DNA from: Candidatus Heimdallarchaeota archaeon
GTDB lineage: Archaea; Asgardarchaeota; Heimdallarchaeia; Hodarchaeales; Hodarchaeaceae
Assembly: GCA_020353515.1 (NCBI GenBank)
Contig: CP070695.1
Span: forward strand, 537,173 to 601,172
Reading direction: 5' to 3'
DNA length: 64,000 nt
Part shown: positions 1 through 10,674 of the stretch, one piece after another
Layout: each line of letters starts with the position of its first letter
Position numbering within the stretch: the first letter of the stretch is position 1
Notes under the pieces: model-generated
What the model was told of the DNA's origin: nothing
The model's input: the letters and a program-made list of their open reading frames with translations, nothing else
Database searches by the model: none
Translations under genes and position numbers: made by a program

Positions 1-443
1 CATTTGAAGATACTTCAGGTCATCTTCTTGTTCCCCCCAAGATCATCTTCCCCCGTTCCGCTGAAACTTATTCTAGTCCTATTCTAATCTCCTGGATTCC
101 AGCTATGGATTCAATGGGTCATACTATTACCTATTCGATTTTTTATTCCATTGATGATGGTGATTCCTGGATTTCTATAATTTCTGACGAATATTATTAT
201 GAATATTCTTGGAACATCTCATCTCAACTCAAATCAGGGACTGCTTTTAAACTAAAAGTAGTAGCTATTTGTTCCGAAGGTTATTCTGCTTTTGATATTA
301 CTGATGAATCGATAATATTTAAGTTAGACAATCAAACTTCTGAACCATCCAGTTTTCTGGATGCTTTTAGCATGGGCATTATATTTATACTATTCACCTA
401 TCGTAAGAAAAAACAATGTAAAAGTAAAGAGGTAAAAAAGTAA
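1..443 (+). CDS. 3' part of a secreted/surface protein (Ig-like domain + C-terminal TM/basic sorting tail); runs off the window start
   Basis: Frame of the 105..443 ORF stays open back to base 3 (FEDTSGHLLVPPKIIFPRSAETYSSPILISWIPA...). It contains YSxDxGxSW and ends in a hydrophobic segment + RKKK. Confidence 0.75.
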   Translation, partial: FEDTSGHLLVPPKIIFPRSAETYSSPILISWIPAMDSMGHTITYSIFYSIDDGDSWISIISDEYYYEYSWNISSQLKSGTAFKLKVVAICSEGYSAFDITDESIIFKLDNQTSEPSSFLDAFSMGIIFILFTYRKKKQCKSKEVKK

Positions 444-521
444 AAAGTAAAATATATGTTCTACACCAATATTGTGGGAATTTAATTGCAAATTTGTCAT
501 ATTAATGATTAGTGAGGAATC

Positions 522-1961
522 ATGACTACCCGTTTAGTCTATTCATGGGTATTTTTTCTTTGTTTTTCCTTTCTCTTTTCCAGTCTATCTGCTGTGACTT
601 CCTCAGTGACTCATTCTCCTGCTCATTGTCGGGTTCATCAATCAGAAACCAATTTAGATATTAATATCGCTCAATTGAATTTTCGAATCAAACCTGACGG
701 AGGTTATTATTGTACCTATTCACTCGAAGTGAGGGGTACTCAAACCACGGCTATTGGTTTAGGAGAAGGATTTTTTTCAATACCTTCACTGAACATTTCA
801 TATTTCTCCCTTACACATTATTCGACTGCAATCCCTTTCTCTAAGTTTGAGGCAAATGGTAGTTCGTTCTATCACTTTTTTTTCAACCACTCCTTGCCTG
901 AGGGATCTCAGACTACTTTAGAAGGTAGATTTGAGGGTTATTTTTGGAGTAATACCTCTTCATCAACTACCTACCATCTGGGAATTGATTGGGGTACTTT
1001 TGTTTCACTCCAAAATGCTCGTGTTTGGGTTGATCGAGAGAGGTTCAAAATTAACTCTATTTCACCTGAAGGTTCTATAAATACTACCCTTGGTTCACAA
1101 ATTTTCTTTGAATGGAATGATTATTCCGTTCGGGAATTTATCTGTACCTTAGCTCTTGACCCTCAAATTTTTCCTTTTACAAATCTTCTTGTTGATATAT
1201 CGTCCTGGAATGGGACTCCGGGTCAAAAAATTGAGGTTTTAATTACTAATGTCGGTTTTTTTGAGATTGAAGGTTATATCATTACTACTCCTTCTAGCTG
1301 GCTTTCTGTAAATGTTTCTAAATTTCTTCTAGCTCCTTCTGAAACGATTCCTATCTTATTTTCCATCAGTGATACGGTGTCTTCTGGAGTGAATGGATCG
1401 GTTGAAATTATCCCCCTTAAATGCATAGATAGAGAAGAAAATATTTTTCTACAATTAAATTCCATCATTATCCCCGTTTTCGTCAATCATAATTCTTTTT
1501 CCTCTTCCCTTTTCTCTGAATTTTTATTCCCCCTAACCTTTCTTTGTATTGTGTTTGGATCTTCTTATCTCGTAATTCAGCAAAAAAGCGAAATTTCGAA
1601 ATTTATTCAATCCAAAGCTGGATTTATTAGGGGTATTCATGACTTTTCAAATTCTAATGCTTCTTTGGATGATACTAAGCCCGAATTGGATGAGGAAATC
1701 CCAGAGTCTGATGTGATCAATTCTATTTCTTGGGATACTGTTGTAACAAGATGGCAAGCGATTCTTTCCAGCCGTGAAATCCATGTTCTCGAGATTTTGT
1801 TTAAAAAGGGTAGTATAAATCAACAAACTCTTGCTGATGAAATGGGACTTTCTAAAGGGACGATGTCGCGGATTATCTCTCGGTTAGAGATGAAAAATTT
1901 ACTTCTTCGCGAACGTTTAGGAGTAAGTAAGATGATTCGAATCAATAAAGATCGATTGTAA
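522..1961 (+). CDS. Membrane-anchored transcription regulator: signal peptide, extracellular beta-rich domain, TM helix, C-terminal MarR-like winged HTH
   Basis: Hydrophobic N-terminus; TM FLFPLTFLCIVFGSSYLVI; C-terminal LSSREIHVLEIL..INQQTLADEMGLSKGTMSRIISRLEMKNLLLRER HTH pattern. Confidence 0.8.
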   Translation: MTTRLVYSWVFFLCFSFLFSSLSAVTSSVTHSPAHCRVHQSETNLDINIAQLNFRIKPDGGYYCTYSLEVRGTQTTAIGLGEGFFSIPSLNISYFSLTHYSTAIPFSKFEANGSSFYHFFFNHSLPEGSQTTLEGRFEGYFWSNTSSSTTYHLGIDWGTFVSLQNARVWVDRERFKINSISPEGSINTTLGSQIFFEWNDYSVREFICTLALDPQIFPFTNLLVDISSWNGTPGQKIEVLITNVGFFEIEGYIITTPSSWLSVNVSKFLLAPSETIPILFSISDTVSSGVNGSVEIIPLKCIDREENIFLQLNSIIIPVFVNHNSFSSSLFSEFLFPLTFLCIVFGSSYLVIQQKSEISKFIQSKAGFIRGIHDFSNSNASLDDTKPELDEEIPESDVINSISWDTVVTRWQAILSSREIHVLEILFKKGSINQQTLADEMGLSKGTMSRIISRLEMKNLLLRERLGVSKMIRINKDRL

Positions 1962-2173
1962 TTCTGATTCTTTGGGCTTTTCAGTCTCTTTTTCTCGAAA
2001 AATTGGATTTTATTTTCTAAACTTTCATTTAATTTTCGATTTTTTCTATAGCTTTCGGATCGTCTAATATTAGTTGTACGGATTTACAACAAATAATCTT
2101 TTGTATTGTTTCATTGTAACCTTTCTGTGCAACTGGATATTTCTCAATAGAGAACTTACTGGAGTTTGCTTAT

Positions 2174-3461
<1,288 letters not shown>

Positions 3462-3475
<14 letters not shown>

Positions 3476-3494
3476 GTCTTCTTTCTTTTCTTGT
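3462..3494 (+). terminator. Hairpin + T-rich tract overlapping the stop codon of 2174..3475
   Basis: AAAGAAGACT-CTA-AGTCTTCTTT perfect 10-bp stem followed by CTTTTCTTGT. Confidence 0.55.
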
Positions 3495-3649
3495 TGTACG
3501 ATAGTATTCCTATCTTTCCTTGATCAATCCCTAAACATGCTTCGACGAGTTCATCTTCAAGAAGGACTTTAGAGTTGACTATGTTTAGATCTATTATAAT
3601 AAGAGCCTACAGAAGATGTGAAATCTGATGCTTAGATGAAAATTAATGC

Positions 3650-3696
3650 TTGTCACGCATCGAAAAATATATATAGCTTTGTCATACTTGTCATAC
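3650..3696 (+). promoter_or_regulatory. BRE/TATA promoter with tandem TTGTCATAC operator-like repeats
   Basis: CGAAA-AATATATATA at 3661-3675; TTGTCATAC at 3679-3687 and 3688-3696; TTGTCA at 3650-3655. Confidence 0.55.
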
Positions 3697-3729
3697 ATGC
3701 ATTACAAATATAGCGCGTTAACAAACTAG

Positions 3730-4338
3730 ATGAGTATTGAGGTATTTGACATGAGCGAACATGAATCTGAAAAAGATCGTGAAGATGAAAACGAAGATGT
3801 GCAAAAAGAATCAGAAACTGATTATGAAAGCTGGAAAGAAGGGAAATCTAAATTAAAGAATGTTACTATTCGAGGAATTGATAGTGAAATCTATGATCAA
3901 TTTTCACATAAGATTAGAAGTCTCCGAATGAATTTGGGAGAAGCTATTACCAAAATGATGAATGACATCCTTGTAGATTTAAATGATTCTTTAGATCATC
4001 TTCCTGCTTTACGTGCGAGAACTACATTTGATAAATATGCACTCGACAGATTATCCATTAACCATTATGATCGACTTAAGATTGGTCGTGCTGATCTTGA
4101 GGAAGCAAATGCAAAAATTACGTTTACACACATTGATAGACTCACTTTTCTTCCTGATGTAACACAAGAAGTTTTTTCGCGTTATGTCAGGAGTGTTAGT
4201 CATTGTGGGACAGTTAGAATGCCATCGATCTTTCCTAAACTTATTGCGTATTCCAAACTCCAGTTTTGCGATAGAATTGAAATTTATGACGTAAAAGATG
4301 AAGAAGCTGGTTCAACGAATTCCTTGGTCAAAGATTGA
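3730..4338 (+). CDS. Uncharacterised protein with RHH-like N-terminal motif and a C-terminal domain shared with the next gene
   Basis: KNVTIRGIDSEIYDQFSHKIRSLRMNLGEAITKMM fits a beta-helix-helix pattern; the C-terminus aligns by eye with 4335..5120. Confidence 0.75.
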   Translation: MSIEVFDMSEHESEKDREDENEDVQKESETDYESWKEGKSKLKNVTIRGIDSEIYDQFSHKIRSLRMNLGEAITKMMNDILVDLNDSLDHLPALRARTTFDKYALDRLSINHYDRLKIGRADLEEANAKITFTHIDRLTFLPDVTQEVFSRYVRSVSHCGTVRMPSIFPKLIAYSKLQFCDRIEIYDVKDEEAGSTNSLVKD

Positions 4339-5120
4339 TTGAGTTCTTTTTCCTACTAAAAGATGGTTGTGATTTAATGAGTATCAAAGCGTTTAATCCT
4401 ACTCAGTTAAGAACAGAGATATCAAAAGAAATTGAAGAGTACTGGAATCAAGTTCAGAAGAAAGAAATAACTAAGGAGGATATGGAAGTCTTAATAGCGA
4501 AAGTTCTTTTTGAACGTGAGATTCTTTTCAATGAAATTGATATCCTTAAAGAGGCACACAACAAATGTACCCGAAAATACGACTTAAATGAACACACATT
4601 AAACCTATTAATCAAAGAAATCGATGAAATGCTCTACAACGATTTTTATAACTTATCAAAGAAGTTGAATTATAATCCAGGAGAAGTTCTGACCTCCCTG
4701 ATGGAAGATTTTGTCTTAAAATTTGATGGGGTATTTCCTGAATTCTCTGCAGACAGTTTAAGAAAGTTAATGAAAAGACAACCAGAAATCTCAATCAATC
4801 ATCAGGATCAGCTTACAATCACGAACAAAGACCTCTTAGATCTTACAGAAACGAACCTAAAGATTAATTTCAATAACATTGATACACTTGAGTTCGTTAA
4901 TGTAGATTTAAAAACTTTTAAAGATTTTGTTAGCTCTATTAATCATTGTCATCTTGTACGTGTGCCCCAAACAATACCTAAATTATTACTTTACACCAAA
5001 TGTCATCAGTGTTCATATTTCGAATTTTTTGAGGACGACCAACTGAAACTTGATAAGAAGAAAATAGAATATGCGATTGAGGCGAATAGAGTTGTTGAAG
5101 ATTGGAAAAATGGTTCTTGA
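4335..5120 (+). CDS. Uncharacterised paralogue of the preceding gene with an N-terminal helical extension (start likely ATG 4377)
   Basis: LLIKEIDEMLYNDF..NPGEVLTSLM and ISINHQDQLTI..INFNNIDTLEF..SINHCHLVRVPQTIPKLLLYTKC match the upstream protein. Confidence 0.75.
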   Translation: MIEFFFLLKDGCDLMSIKAFNPTQLRTEISKEIEEYWNQVQKKEITKEDMEVLIAKVLFEREILFNEIDILKEAHNKCTRKYDLNEHTLNLLIKEIDEMLYNDFYNLSKKLNYNPGEVLTSLMEDFVLKFDGVFPEFSADSLRKLMKRQPEISINHQDQLTITNKDLLDLTETNLKINFNNIDTLEFVNVDLKTFKDFVSSINHCHLVRVPQTIPKLLLYTKCHQCSYFEFFEDDQLKLDKKKIEYAIEANRVVEDWKNGS

Positions 5121-5315
5121 GCCTGAATTCCTTTCCTATAGCTCTATTAACTCATTCAACAATGAAATTGTAATATCTACAATTCAAGCTAAAAAACGGT
5201 AACTATGCTTTATTGGGAGGGTTAGCTTTTTTATTAGTTTTATAACAATAAAAAATTAAGTAGGTTTATCCACATTATTCATGCAGTAAGATCTGATCTA
5301 ATCTAATTCAAGAAA

Positions 5316-5957
5316 ATGGTGCACATTATGGAAATTCTTATGGATGGATTACAGGACTATTTGCTAGATTTACTAGGAAAAAAAAGAAATTCTGTCATTT
5401 TAGAAATGGAAAAATATGCGAATAAACATGAATTTCCAATAGTTGGACCTCTCGTGGGTCAATTATTAAGTCAATATACACAATTAATCAGTGCAAACAG
5501 AATACTCGAGCTGGGATCGGGTTATGGTTACTCGGCCATATATTTTGCCAAAGCTGCCTCTGATGAAACTGAAATAATATGTACTGATACGTCAGAAGAG
5601 AATAAAAATCTGGCATTCTCTTATTTTAAAAGATTGGCTATTACAAACATTAAGTTTATCGTTGGAGACGCACTTAAGGTAATCAATCAGCTCCAAGGGA
5701 AATTTGATATAATCTTTAATGATGTTGATAAGCAAAGATATCCACAGGCTTTCAACCTAGCTGTACCCAAATTACGAAAAGGTGGTCTTCTTATCACAGA
5801 CAATGCTTTGTGGTATGGTCAAGTCTTAGAATCAAAACCGAAAAGGGAAAGTACTGTAGGGGTGAAAGAATACAACACGCTTGCATTTTCAGATCCAAGA
5901 GTACTTTCAACCATCATTCCAATTGGTGATGGTATTTGCGTTTCAATTAAACAATGA
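5316..5957 (+). CDS. SAM-dependent O-methyltransferase (COMT/CCoAOMT-like family)
   Basis: ILELGSGYGYS motif I, FDIIFNDVDK, GGLLITDN. Confidence 0.9.
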   Translation: MVHIMEILMDGLQDYLLDLLGKKRNSVILEMEKYANKHEFPIVGPLVGQLLSQYTQLISANRILELGSGYGYSAIYFAKAASDETEIICTDTSEENKNLAFSYFKRLAITNIKFIVGDALKVINQLQGKFDIIFNDVDKQRYPQAFNLAVPKLRKGGLLITDNALWYGQVLESKPKRESTVGVKEYNTLAFSDPRVLSTIIPIGDGICVSIKQ

Positions 5958-7348
5958 ATTTTCTGGCGATAAGGATGAAAAAACCTTTGAATATGCCTAT
6001 CTATTCTGGTGCTTCCCCTGAAAAGGTTATGTCAGATTTAAAGCCATTGGTTGAGTTTCAAAATCATGGTATATCCCTAGAAGCACTACAACATTTGATT
6101 GAAGAACGATTAATACCTCACTTGATACAATATGATCGTCCTGAGTTTCAATCATTGTTTAACTTCTTTCCAGAGCATGGTGCTGAATTTGGTGGAAAAA
6201 TAGCTCTAAAATATAATCAAGGAGTAACGAATTGGCAAGTTTCTCCTGGAGCAGTCATGATGGAGGAACTATGCTGTAGAGCATTATGTGAATTGTTTAA
6301 TCTCTCTCCAAATTCTGATGCAACATTCATGTATTGTGGAACCTATTCTAACCAATCAGCTCTATATTTAGCACTTCACTGGTCTGCGGAACAACGAGGA
6401 TTTGATTTCGCTAAGAAAGGGGTACAAGGATTTAAAGATCCTTCTCGTTTAGTTGCAGTAACGTCACAAGAAGCTCATTTTTCTTTGAAACATGCTTTAC
6501 GAATAATGGGGCTTGGTGAACAAAGTCTTGTGACTTTACCAGTTGATACTGAATTTAAGATTGATATAAAAACAATGCAAGAATATTTATCTGAATTACA
6601 TGATAAGAAGGATATTTTTTGTGTAGTGGCTACCGCAGGAACAACCTCAACGGGTTCTGTTGATCCAATTTTACCCATAGCTGAAATATGCAATGAATAC
6701 GGAATTTGGTTGCATGTTGACGGAGCCTATGGATTAGCTTATTTTCTAGTTCCAGAATGGAAACACTTGTTTGTTGGATTAGAACTTGCAGATTCAATTA
6801 CTTGGGATCCTCACAAACAATTTGGGGTTCCTATACCCAATTCCCTACTTTTTTTACGTCGCAAGGAGGATTTTGACCGAATGGCAATGTATGGGGATTA
6901 TTGGAATCGTAAAGGAGATCCTGAACCAAATCCTGGGTTAAAATCACCTCCATCAACACGACCTTTCTCTGCTCTTCCTCTCATCACATCTATTCGTCAT
7001 CTTGGTTTACAGAAATTGATTCAAAATCTTCGTACTCCCCTCTCTGCGGTTGAAACTGTGTATGAAAATCTCATGAATAATCCTGAAATTGAATTGTGTC
7101 ATAAACCAGATTTAGGAATTCTTTGTATTCGTGTCACGCCTGAAGGATTTCCTGAGAAGCACCTTGATCAACTCCAAAAATATGTTTATGATAGAACTAA
7201 AACAGAAGGAAAACGTTCTATTTCTTTAACAAAAATTCAAAACAAAACTGTTTTACGTTTAGTTATTATTAATGAACTTATTACTCCAAGTACAATAATG
7301 GAAACAATCAAGTATATTAAAGCTCTAGCCAAAGAATATCATTATTAA
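5954..7348 (+). CDS. Group II PLP-dependent amino-acid decarboxylase
   Basis: AHFS, ATAGTTSTGSVD, WLHVDGAYG, DPHK (PLP lysine). Confidence 0.9.
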   Translation: MNFLAIRMKKPLNMPIYSGASPEKVMSDLKPLVEFQNHGISLEALQHLIEERLIPHLIQYDRPEFQSLFNFFPEHGAEFGGKIALKYNQGVTNWQVSPGAVMMEELCCRALCELFNLSPNSDATFMYCGTYSNQSALYLALHWSAEQRGFDFAKKGVQGFKDPSRLVAVTSQEAHFSLKHALRIMGLGEQSLVTLPVDTEFKIDIKTMQEYLSELHDKKDIFCVVATAGTTSTGSVDPILPIAEICNEYGIWLHVDGAYGLAYFLVPEWKHLFVGLELADSITWDPHKQFGVPIPNSLLFLRRKEDFDRMAMYGDYWNRKGDPEPNPGLKSPPSTRPFSALPLITSIRHLGLQKLIQNLRTPLSAVETVYENLMNNPEIELCHKPDLGILCIRVTPEGFPEKHLDQLQKYVYDRTKTEGKRSISLTKIQNKTVLRLVIINELITPSTIMETIKYIKALAKEYHY

Positions 7349-7387
7349 TCAAAATAATAAAGATAGTATTGGTTTAGATGTGTTATT

Positions 7388-8062
7388 ATGAAAATACTAA
7401 TTATCAATCCAAATAGCGATCCATCAATGACCGAGGCCATCCAAAAAACTGCAGCGAATTTTATTTTTGGGAATTTCGAGGTGATTTGTAAACTTACCCC
7501 AGGAGCTCCTAAATTCATTGAGACGTATGAAGATGAACTCAAAGCAGCTCCAGGTATGATTCAATTGGTGAGAGAAAATATTGACTATGATGCCTATATT
7601 ATAGCCTGCCATGATGATCCTAACCTTGACACTATTAAGGAAATCACCAATAAGCCAGTTATTGGAATTGGAGAAGCCTCAATGAAAATAGCTTCAATGC
7701 TTGGTCACAGATTTTCAGTGGTGTCAACTTCTAAACATTCAATCCCAATTAAAGAGGAGTTAGTGAGAAAATATCATCTTCAGGAGGTTTTGGCTTCAGT
7801 AAAAGCGCCTGATGAGGATATGAACAAACTTAGTGAAAAAGAAAAATATCTAAATGTATCAAAACTGGCCATTGAGGAAGACATGGCAGAAGTGATCGTC
7901 TTAGGTTGTGCAGGAATGACAGGATTAGACAAGTATCTACAGGAGAAACTTGATGTTCCAGTCCTAGATGGTGTCATATGCGCTTTGCTGATTACAATGG
8001 GCCTTGTAAAATATGGAGTATCAACAAGTAAGATTAGAAGATTCAATCCTAATTGGGAATAA
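7388..8062 (+). CDS. Hydantoin/allantoin racemase family protein
   Basis: MKILIINPNS N-terminus; catalytic Cys motifs ACHDDP and LGCAGM; PVLDGV. Confidence 0.9.
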   Translation: MKILIINPNSDPSMTEAIQKTAANFIFGNFEVICKLTPGAPKFIETYEDELKAAPGMIQLVRENIDYDAYIIACHDDPNLDTIKEITNKPVIGIGEASMKIASMLGHRFSVVSTSKHSIPIKEELVRKYHLQEVLASVKAPDEDMNKLSEKEKYLNVSKLAIEEDMAEVIVLGCAGMTGLDKYLQEKLDVPVLDGVICALLITMGLVKYGVSTSKIRRFNPNWE

Positions 8063-8092
8063 AGTAATGAAATTATAAGAAAAAGATAATGA

Positions 8093-8836
8093 TCAATTTT
8101 TTCGATCAGGAATTTCAGTTCCCCCCCTTTTACGTAAAAATGTTGCGGGAACACCGATCCAGATCTCATTTGATGGAATTTTCTGTCCCTTAAGCATTCC
8201 ACTCATTCCTCCTAAAGTACTACCGTCTCCAAGTTCACAACCACAAGCAACTATTGAGTAAGTTCCCACCAGACAATTTTTGCCGATTTTAGTTGGATCA
8301 ATAACGATTGCTCGATCTTCATTGGCATGTCCTGTTACAACACTATTATATCCGATGAACGAATTATCACCAATTTCAACTAAACCTCCAGTTTCGATAT
8401 AGGTTCTTGTAGCAATATGGACGTTCTTTCCACATTTAAGCCCATATAATCTTAACCCATAGGGAAAGAGAAAGATACCCCAAATGAAAGGAATAAAGGT
8501 AAAGATTTTCAGCATAGATTTGAAAATACCATCTGCTGTAATCCTTACAGCTACCAATCGTCCCATTGAAGAGTGGTGTGGATATTTACCTGGTTTGATT
8601 CGATAGGGAAGGAGGGATCGCACAACGACTTGAGAATGAACAACACCAAAGAACAGTACCGTTCCACAGTATGCTACAAAGAGGTATAATGGAGACATAA
8701 GATAGTGTATTACATCGAGGCCAGGCGTAGTTACTAAATAATAAATTAACCATCCTTCTGGGAAGAAGGATAAAACAAGAAGGAAAAAAGTAAGGATGAA
8801 ATATGTTAGAATGCGGATATGAGTGAATAATGACAT
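8093..8836 (-). CDS. Membrane-anchored hexapeptide-repeat (left-handed beta-helix) acyltransferase
   Basis: Two to three N-terminal TM segments; IGDNSFIG/IGKNCLVG repeats; IWIGVPA. Confidence 0.8.
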   Translation of the reverse strand: MSLFTHIRILTYFILTFFLLVLSFFPEGWLIYYLVTTPGLDVIHYLMSPLYLFVAYCGTVLFFGVVHSQVVVRSLLPYRIKPGKYPHHSSMGRLVAVRITADGIFKSMLKIFTFIPFIWGIFLFPYGLRLYGLKCGKNVHIATRTYIETGGLVEIGDNSFIGYNSVVTGHANEDRAIVIDPTKIGKNCLVGTYSIVACGCELGDGSTLGGMSGMLKGQKIPSNEIWIGVPATFLRKRGGTEIPDRKN

Positions 8837-8997
8837 AAGTGCCCAAAAAAGAAGACTAAATATAATACTTCGTTTCGAGGAGAATATTAAACTACATTCA
8901 TGGATAAGGATATGACTGATTGTAATAAAGAATTAAAAAGGGAAAACAATTCTAGATTTGATGATGCTTCCTCAATCTGAGGATCGGGTAAGTTTAG

Positions 8998-9681
8998 ATG
9001 CACGAAAAAAAATTCAAACTTAGGAATATCGAAGAAGAAATAATGGAAACACTATTTGATATAACTATTAACAAAGAGTCGGGACAACGCACAAAGATGG
9101 GAGAAATTTTAGATAGATTAGGACAAGACATCACAAAAACACAGTTAACTAACATCGTTCGACGTAAATTAGAACCCCTTGGTTATGTAGACTATACTCC
9201 TTATGACGGTATCATTCTAACCAACAAGGGTTTTCAAGAGGCCCGGCGAATCGCACGAAATCACCGACTTGCAGAAGCGATGCTCCATCAAATATTTAAC
9301 GTGCCATTTAATGAGCTTCATGAACAAGCCTGTTACTTAGAACATGGTATAACAGAGCGTCTTGCTGAATTAATCTTTAAAAAACTAAAAGAAAAAAAGA
9401 CTCCATTTGGAGATATAATTCCGATGAGGGATATTGAAGATATTGGGTGTGATGACAAAAGGTTAACTGAGATCCCAAATGGAACAGCAGTTATATTGAC
9501 CAGAATTATAAGTCATTCAACAGAAACAGCAAGAGAACTAGAATCTTATCAAATTAGAGGTGTAGGCACGAAAATGGTTGTTAAAGATAAGGATACAAAA
9601 GGAGTCACTGTGGAATTAAATAGTAAAGAATACAATATTCCTATCGGAATTTCTAAAATCCTCTGTGTTAAACCTGAATAA
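8998..9681 (+). CDS. DtxR/MntR-family metal-dependent transcriptional regulator with C-terminal FeoA-like domain
   Basis: GYVDYTPYDGIILT wing; RNHRLAE and ACYLEH metal-binding motifs; TPFG. Confidence 0.9.
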   Translation: MHEKKFKLRNIEEEIMETLFDITINKESGQRTKMGEILDRLGQDITKTQLTNIVRRKLEPLGYVDYTPYDGIILTNKGFQEARRIARNHRLAEAMLHQIFNVPFNELHEQACYLEHGITERLAELIFKKLKEKKTPFGDIIPMRDIEDIGCDDKRLTEIPNGTAVILTRIISHSTETARELESYQIRGVGTKMVVKDKDTKGVTVELNSKEYNIPIGISKILCVKPE

Positions 9682-9702
9682 TTGAATTAAATATAGATCA
9701 AG

Positions 9703-10386
9703 TTAAATCGTTTCAAGAATAGAGTTTAATGTTGGAATATAATCATCTAGAGTATATTTATAACTCCTTGACAAAGAATAATCAACGAAATCATCTGGAT
9801 GAATATCAGGCACTAAGTCTAAGATGTTATCAGAGATTTTTATGTTTTCAGAGAGTTCTTTTAGCTGAAGAATCCAACTAGCTTTCAAATTTGATTTAGG
9901 TGTTAATATCCCAATTCGAGGATAATCAACTGGAACAAGGAAGGGAGTTTCTTTAGTACTAGACTTCCTTCTTTTTTTTGTTAACGAAGTGATCCGTTTT
10001 TCTTGGAAGATTCGATTTAATCTCTTGATCGAATATATCAGATGGACTCTATTATAACCCTCGAACGTAAGAAGGTTCATTCCATGTAAATAAGAGTACT
10101 TATCATCGTACTTCGGACCATGGGGCGAATAAAAGTGTTGAGCGACTCCAAATCGTTGTAGATAGCTTAAAGTAATAATATGAATACTTACATCGAATCC
10201 ACCGATTTGTGAAGTTTTCAGCAGATCAGTGGACCAGCCAAATGCTTCTTTTACTCTACTTTCAATGTATTGATTGAAATAATACCCATAAAAAGTAGAG
10301 TATGGAGGTAACGGTTCCCCTTCCCCTTCTATTCTCCTTTCTCGGTCATCAACAGCATCAATGAAGACGCATTTTAGTTTTTTCAT
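9703..10386 (-). CDS. Hypothetical protein
   Basis: 227-aa ORF with GAGG upstream of the ATG; no recognisable motif. Confidence 0.6.
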   Translation of the reverse strand: MKKLKCVFIDAVDDRERRIEGEGEPLPPYSTFYGYYFNQYIESRVKEAFGWSTDLLKTSQIGGFDVSIHIITLSYLQRFGVAQHFYSPHGPKYDDKYSYLHGMNLLTFEGYNRVHLIYSIKRLNRIFQEKRITSLTKKRRKSSTKETPFLVPVDYPRIGILTPKSNLKASWILQLKELSENIKISDNILDLVPDIHPDDFVDYSLSRSYKYTLDDYIPTLNSILETI

Positions 10387-10513
10387 GAAGACCCTCTAAT
10401 GGAATGGAAAAACAACCGATAGTACCTATAATTATCATTCTACAGGAATGAATTCTTAAAATTCCTTCTATTTCCTCAGGTAAAGTGTACAAATTAGTAG
10501 TGATTTTTAAAAA

Positions 10514-10663
10514 ATGTTAAATGTTATTTATACAGATAAACTACAAACTTCATCAGAAGAACCTAGCCAAGAAAAAAAATCTGAATTGTCATTTATCATT
10601 CTTCTTCCAACTCTGATAATGACAAGTTTTTTAATCCGAAGAAGAAGGATTTTTCAATCATAA
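10514..10663 (+). CDS. Unannotated 49-aa mini-ORF or gene remnant consisting of a linker + TM + RRRR sorting tail
   Basis: Manual translation MLNVIYTDKLQTSSEEPSQEKKSELSFIILLPTLIMTSFLIRRRRIFQS*. Confidence 0.45.
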   Translation: MLNVIYTDKLQTSSEEPSQEKKSELSFIILLPTLIMTSFLIRRRRIFQS

Positions 10664-10674
10664 AGATCTCGTAA

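Noticed and set aside
5160-5260. Short hydrophobic reading (ALLGGLAFLLVL) in the intergenic region, possibly another anchor remnant
   Set aside because: Too short, interrupted by stops, and has no start codon
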